NCBI GenBank assembly: GCA_028534125.1
Contig: CM052845.1
Coordinates: 24,118,001-24,182,000, forward strand
DNA length: 64,000 bases
Reading direction: 5' to 3'
Source of the DNA: Lama glama
Taxonomy: Eukaryota
Shown piece after piece: positions 12,950-25,700 of the stretch. The notes under the pieces were generated by a model, which did not search any database, was not told the DNA's origin, and saw only the letters and a list, made by a program, of their open reading frames with translations. Position 1 is the first letter of the stretch. Each line of letters begins with the position of its first letter. A program made the translations under genes and the position numbers.

Positions 12950-13830
12950 CTCGTAACGGGAGTCCATCGTGCAGCCAACGCGGCGAAGTAAGCTTCCCCC
13001 GGAACCTCCCCGGACAGAGATGCCCGGTTCAAGCAGAAAGTTCAGTGGACGCGGTGAATCCTGCCCACGCCTGGCCGGCACGGCGCGGAACGCGGAGCGC
13101 GCGCGCCACCTCGTGGCTGGGCCGGGCGCTGCGGGCCGTGCCGGAGGGCCCCACCCCCGCCTTCGCAGGGCGCACCCGAGACCCCTCCGCTGCGGGCTCA
13201 CCCAGCGCCGTCACCTCCTGATTCTCGTGCTGCAGGGTGTTATTCTGAACCTCCCGTGAAAGCGCCCGGTCACTTGCGTGGAGCCGGGCGCCGCGCGGGA
13301 GAGCGCGGCGACGCCCCGTCGCGGCCCGGCCGCGGCCCCCGCCCTGGGCCTGCCGCGCCCTAGTCCTTGGTGTCCAGGCGGCGAGCCCTGCGGCCAGCAG
13401 GTCTCCTCGTGAAGCCCCGCAGGGGCGCTGCAGGGCGCCGACCACGTGAGGGAAGCGGCCGTCCTGCCGCAGAAGCGAAGTGGAGGCACGTCGGTCTCAC
13501 GTGGTTTGTAGATCCGGGCTCGGGAAGGGTGTCCGATCTGCACTCCTCTGCGCGGCCTTGCGCTGCGGTGGCAAAGCCAGGTGTCCCCGAAGAGAGGGGA
13601 GGGCAGAGGACAGCGACGGGGACGCCTGCGTCCGGGGGGCTGGACGCACGCGCGGGCGCCGCGCTGCGTGGAGAACCGGCGGCTGCCGCGAGGCGAGGCG
13701 AGGCTTCGGGCGGGCCCACCCGCCGTGCGGTGGGGCGGTGGGAAGAGGGGCCGCCTCCGGGCGGGGGGGGGGGTGATGACGGGAGGAGGCCCTGGGGGGG
13801 TGCTCTGTCCCCAGAGGAGGGACGCGTCAT
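12950..13830. promoter_or_regulatory. CpG island, promoter-like, gene unidentified
   Basis: Very dense CpG; GC boxes; two CACGTG E-boxes (13443, 13498); CCAAT on the minus strand at 13956-13960. Confidence 0.7.
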
Positions 13831-15147
13831 TTGTCAGAATGTATCAAACTGTACAAGCTCAACCTGCACATTTAATGTATAAAAAATTACACTTTGAATT
13901 TTAAAAAAGAGGTTTAATGGAAAAATAAGCGGGGTGGCCGCTCTCTGCCCGTTTGATTGGAATCGGTTCCACTGGACAAAGGCCACACCTAAAGACACTT
14001 TTGAAAAATGCTTTTAATTCTAGATTTTCTATTAATTTAGGCATTTCAGAGGCTTTGTGATAAAACCATTTAGATTCTTAGAAGCTCCTTTGTCGCTGGT
14101 TTAACTACCTCCGCATTCGTTAACAGCGGTCTTGCAGCCCTGCCCCTGACGTGGGGTCCCCACCAGTTTTGTGTTGGTTTGGTTTGGTTTTATGTATTTT
14201 GCTGGATGGGGAGGCTGAAACCAGTTTGCTCTGACGCCCAGCAGGTGGCGGCCTCTCCCTGCAGCTCTCAGCTCTGCCTGCGGGGGCCGGAGCGCCTCCC
14301 TCCTGGCTGCCTCATCCTGGTGCCCCCAGGGATGCTGGGCTGCAACTCACGGTGCCAGAGGCAGTTCGAGAACTCGGTTCCCTCCTCCAGGCACCGCAGA
14401 CAGCAGCCCTCGTGGTCCGGGACCTGCAGCCCAGGTTGTCCCGGTGCCTGTTTTGACGCCCAGAAGCCCTGCCTTCTCGGTGACCACCCGCTGCCCTTCC
14501 CAAAGCCAGTCAGAGCCACCGTGTGGGGTCCTGTTGTGACAGCAGCCGGTCACTGTGCCAATCTGTATCAGTGTGCAGCCCCACCCGAGTGTGCTCACTC
14601 TGCATGGACACAAGCTACGCAAGGCCAGGGGTGTGACCGCCATCCACCCTCTGTGTTCCCAGCACCCGCCAAGGTGGCTGACACGCACTCACACATGCGG
14701 CCACACCAGGAAACACTCCGTGAATATTATATGCGGGAACCATTTACAGGTTATAAACGTTGAAATAAGCCTTAGTGGTGTTTGGAATCTGCATGATCCT
14801 CTCAACACCGTTAGGTTTCAGACCATAATACAGATCAGCAAATGTCCTGTGGAATGAAAGTCCAAACACACAAGCACTTGCTTTGAAAAACCAGTTTTTC
14901 TTCTCACACGCGTCACTGTTCATACAGGCTGCGCGGAAAGCAGGAGGTCTTGTGATTGGTTCCCAATAATCTTTCTACCCTCATGAAAGAAAGACACATC
15001 ATTAACACATTCTTCTGTCAATTTTGTTTTAAAAAATAAAGCTTCACGTGAACGATTGAGAAGGGAGGAAATAAAATCTCTGAAAAGACAGGTTTTCAGA
15101 AACGTAGTCAGAATTGTGCGCGTGTGTGTGGAGGGGGAGTCGAAGGG

Positions 15148-15222
15148 TGGGAATGTGATTCGGAAATACGTCGTCTGGGATGGGAATGCGATTCGGAAAT
15201 ACGTCGTCTGGGATGGGAATGC
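15148..15222. repeat. 33-bp tandem repeat, ~2.3 copies
   Basis: tgggaatg(t/c)gattcggaaatacgtcgtctggga starting at 15148 and 15181, partial at 15214. Confidence 0.9.
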
Positions 15223-15587
15223 CAACCGATGATTCAATCGACAGAATAGCTCCTACTTTCTGTAAGTCTGTCTCTGCAAATCTTAAGCAAACTCCAACTT
15301 TAAGCAGACACTTAAAATCTCTGAACATACATATTTTTAACAGACCACATCCTATATTTAATCAGGCTAACAAATGTTCTAAACTGGCCAGTATTGGTGG
15401 AGAAACAGGAGGCAGGGGTCGCTACGTGGGACGTGGGTGGTGGGGTGTGGTCGGCGTGGCCACACCTCACAGGACCGAGGAGGAAGTGTGGCTGGGATGG
15501 TACAGGCAAAGATTAAAAGCTGTTTCCGGATTCATAATTCTCTCTTTATAGCTTGATTTTAAAGGATAAATATTTAATAGCGATAAT

Positions 15588-16087
15588 NNNNNNNNNNNNN
15601 NNNNNNNNNNNNNNNNNNNNNNNNNNNNNNNNNNNNNNNNNNNNNNNNNNNNNNNNNNNNNNNNNNNNNNNNNNNNNNNNNNNNNNNNNNNNNNNNNNNN
15701 NNNNNNNNNNNNNNNNNNNNNNNNNNNNNNNNNNNNNNNNNNNNNNNNNNNNNNNNNNNNNNNNNNNNNNNNNNNNNNNNNNNNNNNNNNNNNNNNNNNN
15801 NNNNNNNNNNNNNNNNNNNNNNNNNNNNNNNNNNNNNNNNNNNNNNNNNNNNNNNNNNNNNNNNNNNNNNNNNNNNNNNNNNNNNNNNNNNNNNNNNNNN
15901 NNNNNNNNNNNNNNNNNNNNNNNNNNNNNNNNNNNNNNNNNNNNNNNNNNNNNNNNNNNNNNNNNNNNNNNNNNNNNNNNNNNNNNNNNNNNNNNNNNNN
16001 NNNNNNNNNNNNNNNNNNNNNNNNNNNNNNNNNNNNNNNNNNNNNNNNNNNNNNNNNNNNNNNNNNNNNNNNNNNNNNNNNNNNNNN
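15588..16087. other. Assembly gap of exactly 500 N (placeholder; true size unknown)
   Basis: Run of 500 n; a round length is typical of scaffolding joins. Confidence 0.99.
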
Positions 16088-16661
16088 GTCTGAGGATCCT
16101 GAGTGCAGTGTCTGAGACAAAAGCACGGCCTGTCAAAGTCCAAACAGGAGGAAAGACTCCCAAGGGCGCTTACCCGGTTAGCACTTGGGTTCACTCACGG
16201 ATAGATTCACCTAAACAAAAGGGTGGCTCTACAAGGAAGAGCATCCTAAAGGCAGTTTGCCTTTTGAGATGCTAATTAGAGGAAATAACGCCTGCAGGCA
16301 CAGCGTGGACCCTGCTGGGGGGGGGGGCTGCCAGGCCTTTGGGGGCCTTTTCAGTCCATCTGGTGGGAAACAAATAGACTGGAAATCTAGGGTGTGGCTT
16401 CCAAATGCTGTTTCCCCACTAGCTCGGCCAGATTCCAGACAAGTCATGTGTCACCAGCAACACCCCCAAGTTTTGAGGACCTCTGCCTCTGGCACCTCCG
16501 GGCATTTCTTTCTCTCTCTTTCCCCCCACTTTCCGGCGACGGTCCCCGCCCCGAGCCAAAGGCTGCATCCTTTCTCTAAACAGCAAAGTCTGGAGAGGAC
16601 CCAGCCCCGAGCTCGAGGTCCCAGCTGTGAGCCGGCCCCGGCCCCGCACGCGGGTACTTAC

Positions 16662-16767
16662 TTGTGATACCAGTTCACTTTCATATCTTCCATAAAATAT
16701 TTCATGAAACACTGAAGTTTGATTCCTTCCGGGGTGCAGAGTACCTTCAGGGGAGACGCCGACGTTC
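16662..16767 (-). CDS. MYOM2: MYOM2 exon 32 (Ig Mp12 N-half); last exon found
   Basis: GTSASPLKVLCTPEGIKLQCFMKYFMEDMKVNWYHK; ctgcag|...CACAA|gtaagt; 106 nt, ends in phase 2 with no stop. Confidence 0.95.
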
Positions 16768-19700
16768 CTGCAGGAGACAGAGCACACTCTGGTCGGGGGA
16801 AGCCGCGCTGTGTCCAGCGGACAGGCGCGGCCCCCAGAGGTGCCCGCCATGTCTGGGGGGAAATGTGCCCGCTCGCTGACAGCCTAGCATCTGCCAGCCA
16901 CAGAGTCCTGCAGTTTGCCCAGGTCATCGTCCTTCATCAAATACGCATTTGCCACACCGGAATCGTCTGAAAACCTCTTTGCTGGGAGACCCCATCTGGG
17001 ACACAGACGTTAAAGACTCGACATCTGGCCTTGGCAGCTGAGGAAGAGGAGGAAATGTCGTGCAAAGAGCACTGTGCCGGGTACGTGCTGCGCGATCTGC
17101 CAGGTGAACGACCTGGGACTTGGCTGCTGCAGAACAGCGCCTAAAGGGAGGTGACGAGTCAGCGGAAGTGACACAGGACGGAGCCAAGGACACGGCAGCC
17201 AGGGGTCTGCCTTTGAGGTGAGCGAAACTGGCTAAGAGGGCAGCAGAGACCGCGGGCAGTAAGAAAATCCTACGAAGTGGGAACTGGGCCCGATGGCCCT
17301 GGGGTGGGTGGGTCAGCGGCGGGGGGTGGGGGGCGATCAGGGGCCCAGAAGGTCAGCCTCTCCCCCGGACGATAGCGAGCTTGGAGCAGAGGCTGCTATG
17401 AGACACGTAACTTTAGGAAGTCCGTAGACTCACGGTCTTCCATCAGCTAGAAAGTAATACTTGCAGCATTTGCAAAATAAAAGAAAATAATATGAATTCA
17501 AACTGCGGATGAGGGTGTGATGGGGAAAGAATTTTCAAAATGCCACTTCTTGGGTTTGCTAAGCAACTGCAGATTTGATATGAACCTCAGAGTCACACAG
17601 GACTCTATGCAGTCACTGTATTTCCAAGAATTCACCCAAAGCAAATGCTCCTAAATATTGACAAAAGCCTCTCTTTGCCCAAAGGTGTGCATGACTGTAT
17701 AGTTAATTGTAGTGACGGGAACGTGGCAGTGTCCCTGCAGAGGAGGGTCTAACCCACGGCACAGAGAGTCCGTGACAAGCCAGGCAGTGGTTAGAAACAG
17801 TAGGTATAAAATCTGTATAAAACCCAGTTATCACAGAGTACGTGAAAAGAGAAGCAATTATGACTCTAATGTAAAGAAACAGAAATCGAACTGAGAACAG
17901 TCCTGCCTGTGACGCTCTGTATTTACACACACGTCGCAGATCCAGCGACACTCGCTCCTCCCCGTCCCGACGTCGCACACGGGACGGAACGCAGCGTCCA
18001 GCAGCACCAGGCCTGGTGCCTCGGGGACCAGAGCCTGACCCCGGTGCTGCCGGACCTCCCGCGCCTTCTCTCCGCCCCCAGAACTCTCAGGGAAGCCCAC
18101 GTGGTCCTTCCAGGCACCGGCATCTCCGACCCAAGACCCTGGGAACCGGAGGAAATGGGCCCTTTCCTGAGCATGTTCACTTTTCGAGAGACCACATGGA
18201 CCGTCTGTGTGACGAGCAAAAGCAGAAGGGAGCAACTGCACCCTGCAGAGCTGCTTCGAGAAAGCACTGCAGACACACACGGAGAAGTTCCCAGAGGGGG
18301 CCAGAAGAACCCTGAGAGACGGCAGCGGAGCTCGGGCCTGGGAGGGACACTAGCTCCCAGCTGGAGTCCCGACTGCGGCTGGCGGAGCACACAGGGCGCA
18401 GCCACCCAGCTGCTGTCGGCCTTGGGACTTTGCTGGAGGTGTAAACTGGGCGACTTTGGAAAGCCCACGGTCATGAGGTTTCATCGGTCTCAGCATCGAG
18501 CCCTGTACAGATGGAAGCTACGATTGTCAAATGGGTAACCACAACCTTTGTTCTCACAGGTTCCGCGGAAGGGCAGACAGAGAGGAAGAAGGCATTTGCA
18601 AAGCTGAAAACTGGTTTCGTGCACATTAAACCAGACGCAAAACCAGAGGCTTAAAAATTCATTGCTGCTGCTCAGCATTTGCGGTGAAGACTCTGGCAGC
18701 AATTAGGCACAGAGCACCGCCCCCACTGACCCGCGGCGAATTGCAACAAGTGGCTAATCAGGGAGCCCGAACTGAGCCTGTTTTGTCCTTTTTTTTAAAA
18801 GAAAAAACGTGTTCTACGTATAAGGCTGAAAATCACCCTGAAGAAGCATCACTGAGGCAGGCGGATAACTGCTACAGGCGATCACTGGGGCCCCATCAGC
18901 TGTGGAAAATGCCTTTCTCAGGAAACAGTGATTTTTAGCACCCAAAATGACTTGCAAATTAGAAGGCACGTACTTACCACAGACTCTGCTCATTGCCAAG
19001 ATCATATCCTCGTACACTGAAAGGAGGAAGGAAATGCACCATTACGGTGGGTAATTCTATCAGCAGCACATTCACGTGTAATTAAATTGATACAGGAAAT
19101 CAGGATGTTCATTTGAAAAATGAAATGCTAACAGGGCAACAGGGAGCCAGGAAAGGCTCGTGTGTGGCGATGAATCCTCCTAACCTGGTCCGTTTTTGAA
19201 TGAGGAACAAGAACACTTGACTCAACGTAAATCCAGCCATACGTTTAATTGAACTGCTCCACCACCGTCTGGACCGTTTTAACTACGTTCCCAATGGCAT
19301 CGAACTTGGGTCCTAAGGCTAAGGTGGCACTTCGTACAAGCCCAGAGCAATGTCGCACCTTCTCCTAAAACCCTGCAACAGCTCTGAATGCGACTCAAGA
19401 ACAAATCTATCTTGTACTGTGTCCCTGCTGAAGACGCAGTGTGTGCCGCAGCCACAGAAACACACACTGCGCCTTCGGGACTCGGCTCCCCCTGCGGGCG
19501 GGGCGGGGCTCCCTTCAGTAGAAAGAGGAAGGTTTAGTCTACCTTTGCCAGCCACCTCAAGGACAGACACGTCTTGACCTCTCTCGTCCTTCAAGGTCGC
19601 CTTATATTCACCATGGTCCTTCTTTGACAGCTGCAAACAAAACACACACCACATGTAGGTAACGATGCCGCGATATCCAATATAACCCACGTTAACATAC

Positions 19701-22700
19701 GTTCTTTGCAAACCATGGAAATTCAGGACGCAGATCGGGAGATAACGCAGAAAGGCCTTTCTCGCCTGGTTCTGTCTGTCTCCTGAGCACACGGTACCTT
19801 TGGTATGAGCAGCTCACAGACTCCCTTCTCCAGATCGGGCGCCTTGTCCGTCTCGTACAGAACATCATCCTTCAGCCATTTGAAAACGGTTTCCTTCTTG
19901 GTGTTTGCCACCTACAAGACGGGAATCTCAGTGTGTGAATCGCTGTGGCTCATGAGAAAAAAGTCTATTCTGCTTTTAAATCACGGACCTAAAAAAGTCA
20001 ATTTTTATTATCGACAGTCTCAGATGGAAGCTCATGGAGAAGCTGTCGGTCCTAACAGTGGCACACGCATCTCTAAACTCCAGCTTCCGAAACAGTTAAG
20101 CCCTCACAGGTCCACGCGGAAGGACAGGCAATTCCTCTTCGTTCTAACCCAGGACGTCAAACTAAGGTTCCTTGGGTTTCTATGAGATGTCAGTAATAAA
20201 ACAAGCTGTAATCAGTGTATTTTAAATTTATAATCAACATAAAATATTATCCTAGGTCCATAACACTGTTTAGTGACTGCTTTTTTTGGGCAACACGACA
20301 CTCGATGTGTCAACACAGAGGGAAGGAAACTTTAACACAAAATAAGCCCAGTGTGGGCATGAGGGCTTCCCTTTTGCTAAAGTTTCTCGAAATTCAGTCT
20401 CTGCCAGGAGCCTGACCTCGAAACAAAGCTGTGCACAATTCCAAAGGCGAGGAAACGTTTCAAGTCACCTGCTCTGACACGCACGTCCTACGGACGAGAA
20501 AGAACTCGGTTCTGAATGAGCGGAACGTAGTGACCACAGCGGACTGTGTGACTGACCGTTCTAGTTTACACCCCATGTAGACTCAGAACTGTGCTCTCCG
20601 GCGGCAGTCTCCCCTCATGGCCGGCGTCCTCCCAGTCCCCCCCGGCACTCAGCGCAGGCCCGTCGCTCCCCGGAGCCCCCTGCCTCCTTTCTCTCCTGCC
20701 CCTGGGCCGCGAGCAGTATGACCCCCTCCCTCACAGCCTCTGGCGACGTCACATCGCAGGGGCCCATAAACTCAGGCTTGGTCCTCCAAAAACACGACTT
20801 TATACTTCCCAGTAATTCAGGCTTACTTCACTGCTGACTTGTGCAAACAAAAACTCAGGGAGCACCTGATTCCCCTACCGCACCTTTTATTTCCTAGAGA
20901 AATCAGATGAGCCGCAAGGAAATTACCAGATAAATGTCACCGCAGCACGCTTTCTCATAAACTCACTCTATCAACTGCCTGCCTGAGTCCTCCTGCAGGC
21001 CCATGGTCTGTTCAGGAAGGGCCGACAAGACCTGAAGTCTAGGTACTAACGGCCCCCCGCCCCGCCCCCCACCCTCACCCCCGAGTCTGCCGGGTCCGCC
21101 TCACCCGTCCTGGGAGCGAGACGCCCACTGCTGGCTGCTGGGGACCCGGGCCTCACCTTGCAGACAAGCCGAACTTCACACTTGTCTGTGACATCCCAGT
21201 GCAGGTACTCCGCGAAATGCGGGCCTGCAGGGCAAAGGGGGACATTTTAAAAAGGAGGAAGTTCTAAAAATGCACACATGCGTGCACACACGCACACACA
21301 CACATAAATGCATTTCTGGCAGAAGGAAGTAGCTGTTCCTCCTGAAACCAAGATCACTAGTCTCCAGGGCTCTGCGGTCAGCGTGTGGGACACTGAGACT
21401 GACGTCTGCGTTTCCAGCAGGGACCTGCCTCGTCGCTCCTCCGTGTCTAACAGCTCTTTCTCTTTGGAAAGAAGAATAACGAAATACTATGTTTTTTTCT
21501 CTAAGGTGTGTGTCTAACTGAACAGCCAACGGCATAGTACATACAACATCCCAGAGGAGAAGTAATAGAGGTAAGACGAAGAAAGGGCAGCTTGACCTCG
21601 CTGTCACGTAAACGCAGGTTCTACTCACGCAGCATTTGAATTCAAGGATGAATTTATATCTTTCAAAAATATCATTTTATTTAAAATCATTGTAGAGGAA
21701 AGTTATGTGCTGTATAACACGTTCAATACAAAAAATACAAAGCAGATTCAGACAGTATTTACTGCTTTTTTCCATATAAATATATTCTACAAAGTTAAAA
21801 AAATCATCTTGTAGAAATGAGTCAAATAAAATCTTTTGACTATTAAAAATTTTAAAAACTAAAAACAAGAAAAATCAAGAATGCCTTGATTTTGTATTTT
21901 AAAATCTTTAATTTTTAAAATATTTTCAGATATTCTAATTTTTTTCTGGAAACTATAGAAATCCCATAATAAAATATTTTCCAAATAGACCCTTGTGTTA
22001 TATTTCAGATTCTAAAATGTATCCATTTTTCTTTGTATCTAGTTATATGCATTTTTAAAAGAATGTATTTTAAATGTATTATTTGTAATTAAAAAGCTAA
22101 AACGCCTTAAAGTTGAAACGTTCACACAGTTTTAGGTAAAACAGCGAGTCCCTGGCAGCCGGGCTCGCCCCTCCCGCCCTCTCTGCGCCTCTGCTAACAG
22201 TGCCCCCGGCCCACCCGGCCTGCGCTTCTCCCTCCTTTGCCACAGCCACCGGGCTCCACCTGGACCCCCAGCGGAGGCGCCCTTCCTCGGCAGTGCAGGA
22301 AAACTCGAGCCCTCAGCAGCAGCCCCCGTGGCTGTTCAGGGTGAAGCGAGGAAACGTGCAGACGAAACAAAGGCAAAGATCCAGGAACAGGAAAGCACCC
22401 CGTTTCTACAGAGCCTCTAAAATCGCACTTGGAGTCTCTCGGCGGCCAGCAGGACCCGCTCCCAGCAGCCACTCAAACCCTGAACCTCTGCCTCATGTTC
22501 GCGGTGAGGGAGCAGATCAACTACCTACCTTGTTTCCTGAGAAACTCCTTTCTTTGAAATTCAGCCTCTTTCAGGACTGCCTTGAACGCTAAACCCGATA
22601 TTTAAAGGGAAAAAGAAAAAGAAATGAACACGTTTGCTTGCTGCAGTGAGAAGACCTTCCTTTGACTCCCCCTCATGGACGCAGCGATACCGTCTCCGAT

Positions 22701-25700
22701 GAGAACCAGAGAGGACTGGCTTTTGGCCTTCCCGTCGTGGAGCTGCACAGTGTAGGTCCCTTCGTTGTCCTCGGTGAACCGGTCCATCACCATCTCAACA
22801 ATGCCGGTGGACTTGTCGCACTTGATCCTGTGCGCCTGGGAGCAGGGGGGAGCGGGGCGGTCACCGAAAGCCCCTCCTCCAGCCTTCCCTCCGGCCCCAT
22901 CGGCCCTTCAGGGGTTGTGACTCGCAACAAACACAAAGTAAGGGGCGGAGGGATAAACTGGGGGTTCTGGATTTGCGGATGCACACCCCTGCATGTAAAA
23001 GAGACAAACACAAGGTCCTACTGTGCCGCACAGGGAACTATATTCAGTACCTCGTAACGGCCTAGGATGAAAAGGAATACGAAAAGGAACACACGTATAG
23101 ATGTTTAACTGAATCACTGTGCTGCACGCCAGAAACTAACGCAACATCATAAACCAACCACACTTCAATTAAGCCCCCCTGTCCTTCCAGGCCACACCTC
23201 ACAGGGGGTCCATCTGTCCACCCAGCACAGGGCCCGGCGGGTGACAGCACCACACAAGTGCTGGTTGAACCCCCAACGAGGAAGCCCGCCTGAGGCCTGT
23301 CAGCCCACGTAGCTGTCGGGGGCTGAGCTGCTCTCCGGACACTGCTTTGTGATATGGAGCAAGTTTTCTTTAGGGACATTCTGATGCCCAGCACGTCCCA
23401 GCCTTCATGTCCAGGGACAGACGCTGGACCAGCCTTCATCCAGGCAACGTGTGTAATAACAAAGCAGTGCCTACTGTGTTCAAGGCGGGGCTGGGAACAC
23501 AAGGGGCCCGGGCATGGCCTCGGGGCTGCCAGCCCAGTGGGGAGACATGAGGCTGCCCAGTCACCAGGACAGGGTGGGGAAGGGCGCGAGGACCTGCGGG
23601 GGCAGCAGGAGGCTGGTGGGGAGCCACCGTCCATCCACCTTGAGCCTGGGAAGCCTTCCCCCATCGGGCCGAGCCCTCCCTTTTGCACATGAAGCCTCAG
23701 TGAAACCAGGCACTGGTGCGTGTGGCCCCCCCCAGCCTAGCTGGTCCGGCCGCCTGCCCTCAGCACCACCACAGCACCAGGGTTGATGTCCCCAGACTCT
23801 ACAGCCCCCATCCGGGCAGCCTCCCCCGGGGACCCTTTCCCAATGCCGCCCAGCCCGCCCAGAGCTCAGGTCTCCTTCTGACTCACTCTCACCGCCTGCG
23901 ATGAGTTACAGGGACTGAGATGTTTAACGGGTGCTGACAGACTAGGTTTTATCCACCCGGATATGACGTCTACAATCAAGCGGGTCTCGGTGCAGGAGGA
24001 ACAAGTCCCCATGAATGAGTCGTCCTGGACGCAGTCGTCATGCAGGGACTCCCGACAGGCTAGGGGCGCCGGGCCCGGGCCACCCCCTGGGGAACACGGC
24101 CCACAAGCTCCCTGGGGACCGCTTCCTCTGGCCTTGACCACCCCCACCCGACTCCCAGAGTGAGCAATAGGGCAGTAACCTTTGCTGCTGACCTTTCCTG
24201 CAGGCCTTCCTTCCCAAGGGAGCCCAGCTGGGATTTAAGGGATGGCTTCCCCGCCTGGATAATGTGCATATGCATGCGTACGTGTATTCCTTTCCGTGTT
24301 CTTTTCATTACGAGCCACGACAAGGTGCTGAATATGGTCCCCTGTGCTGTACCACAATTCTTACAGTGTCACTGTCCTCGTGGGGAAGACCGACTGGGTA
24401 AGAAGACTCACACCACCTTCACATGTCCATGCTCGACTTCTTCTCAAGACATACTCATCCAACCATCCCAGCTTTACTCAACACCCATCCAACACCCAGC
24501 TCGACGGGGCCAGGAGCCCGGCTCAGAGGAAGGGTAAGTGGGCTGCCCACCCGGCAGGAGCGACTCCTGCGTCTCTTCCGTTAACATCTGGGCACACGGG
24601 TGAGGCAGTTAGGACTCAGCAGGGTCTAAACAGACACAACGCCTTGGGTGTCGGGGGAGAGCGGAGAAGGCAAAGGTGGCGGGATCAGAGAGACCCCAAG
24701 GGCACCCTCGAACAATCAGGAAAGGCCCCTTCACACAGGCTGACTTTTAACTGGGTTCCCAGCTGTCCTGCAGGGACAGACAAGGATGGACGGAAACAGC
24801 CAACGCTCCAGAGCCGAAAAAGGGGTCCTCGTAACAGTCACTCAATGAAAAGTAGGACCAGGGCAAAGTGTGTGCGTCAGGCGTGCTCTTCGGTTCTCTC
24901 TGCCCGCATTTACCAGCAGGAAGCAGCCCGAGGCTCCTGGAAGGTGCAGAACCTAGTTTCCCAGCCGAGGTCTCCCACGGGGGACTCGCGGCGGGAGGGG
25001 GGCCTGGGGAGGCACTGCTCACCTCCGAGCACAAGCACACGCCCTCACAACCACCATCAAGAGCAAACAAACCAACAGCAAGGTTCTACCGTGCAGCACG
25101 GGGAACGACGTGCAATAGCTTGTAACAGGCCGTGAGGAGAAAGATCACACGTGTACGTGCAGCTGAACCACTGTGCTGCACGCCAGAAGCTAACTCAACA
25201 CTGGGCATCAACCACACTTCAACTAAGAAAGAGCAAATTAACGTCCATCAAAGACGCTGAACCTGAACCTTTTCACAAAACCAGGCTCAACGTCCCCAGA
25301 ACATAGTTTGCCGTTTTTCAATTCCAACAGACTTGACTTAACGACATCCCGATCTCTTCTCCAACCCGGACCAAATCTCCGAGCCCCGCAGGAACCAGTC
25401 TTCTCTCGTCCGCCTTGCCGAGCTTCCACACCCCCATCTCCACAGCTCCGAAAGGGCGGGAAACAAACACAGACGACCGACTTCCAGGAGCTGACCTCCC
25501 CGAGGAGCACCGCCCGCTCCGAGGCCAGAGAGCCCTCCCGCGTGGACTCACCTCGCTGTCAGACACCTCTCTGTCATTAATGACAAAGCGGTAGCTGGCG
25601 TCTGGCGACAAGTGCTCAGCCTGGAGCCAGAAGCGGACCTGGCCCTTATCAAAAACCTCATAAGCTAATTCCGACTTCAGAGGGATTGCTGGAGGAAGAA

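Noticed and set aside
15148-15222. 33-bp direct repeats as a possible CRISPR array
   Set aside because: Head-to-tail with no spacers, in a mammalian context with no cas genes
15467-16275. ORFs of 205-240 aa spanning the N run
   Set aside because: Artefacts of translating Ns
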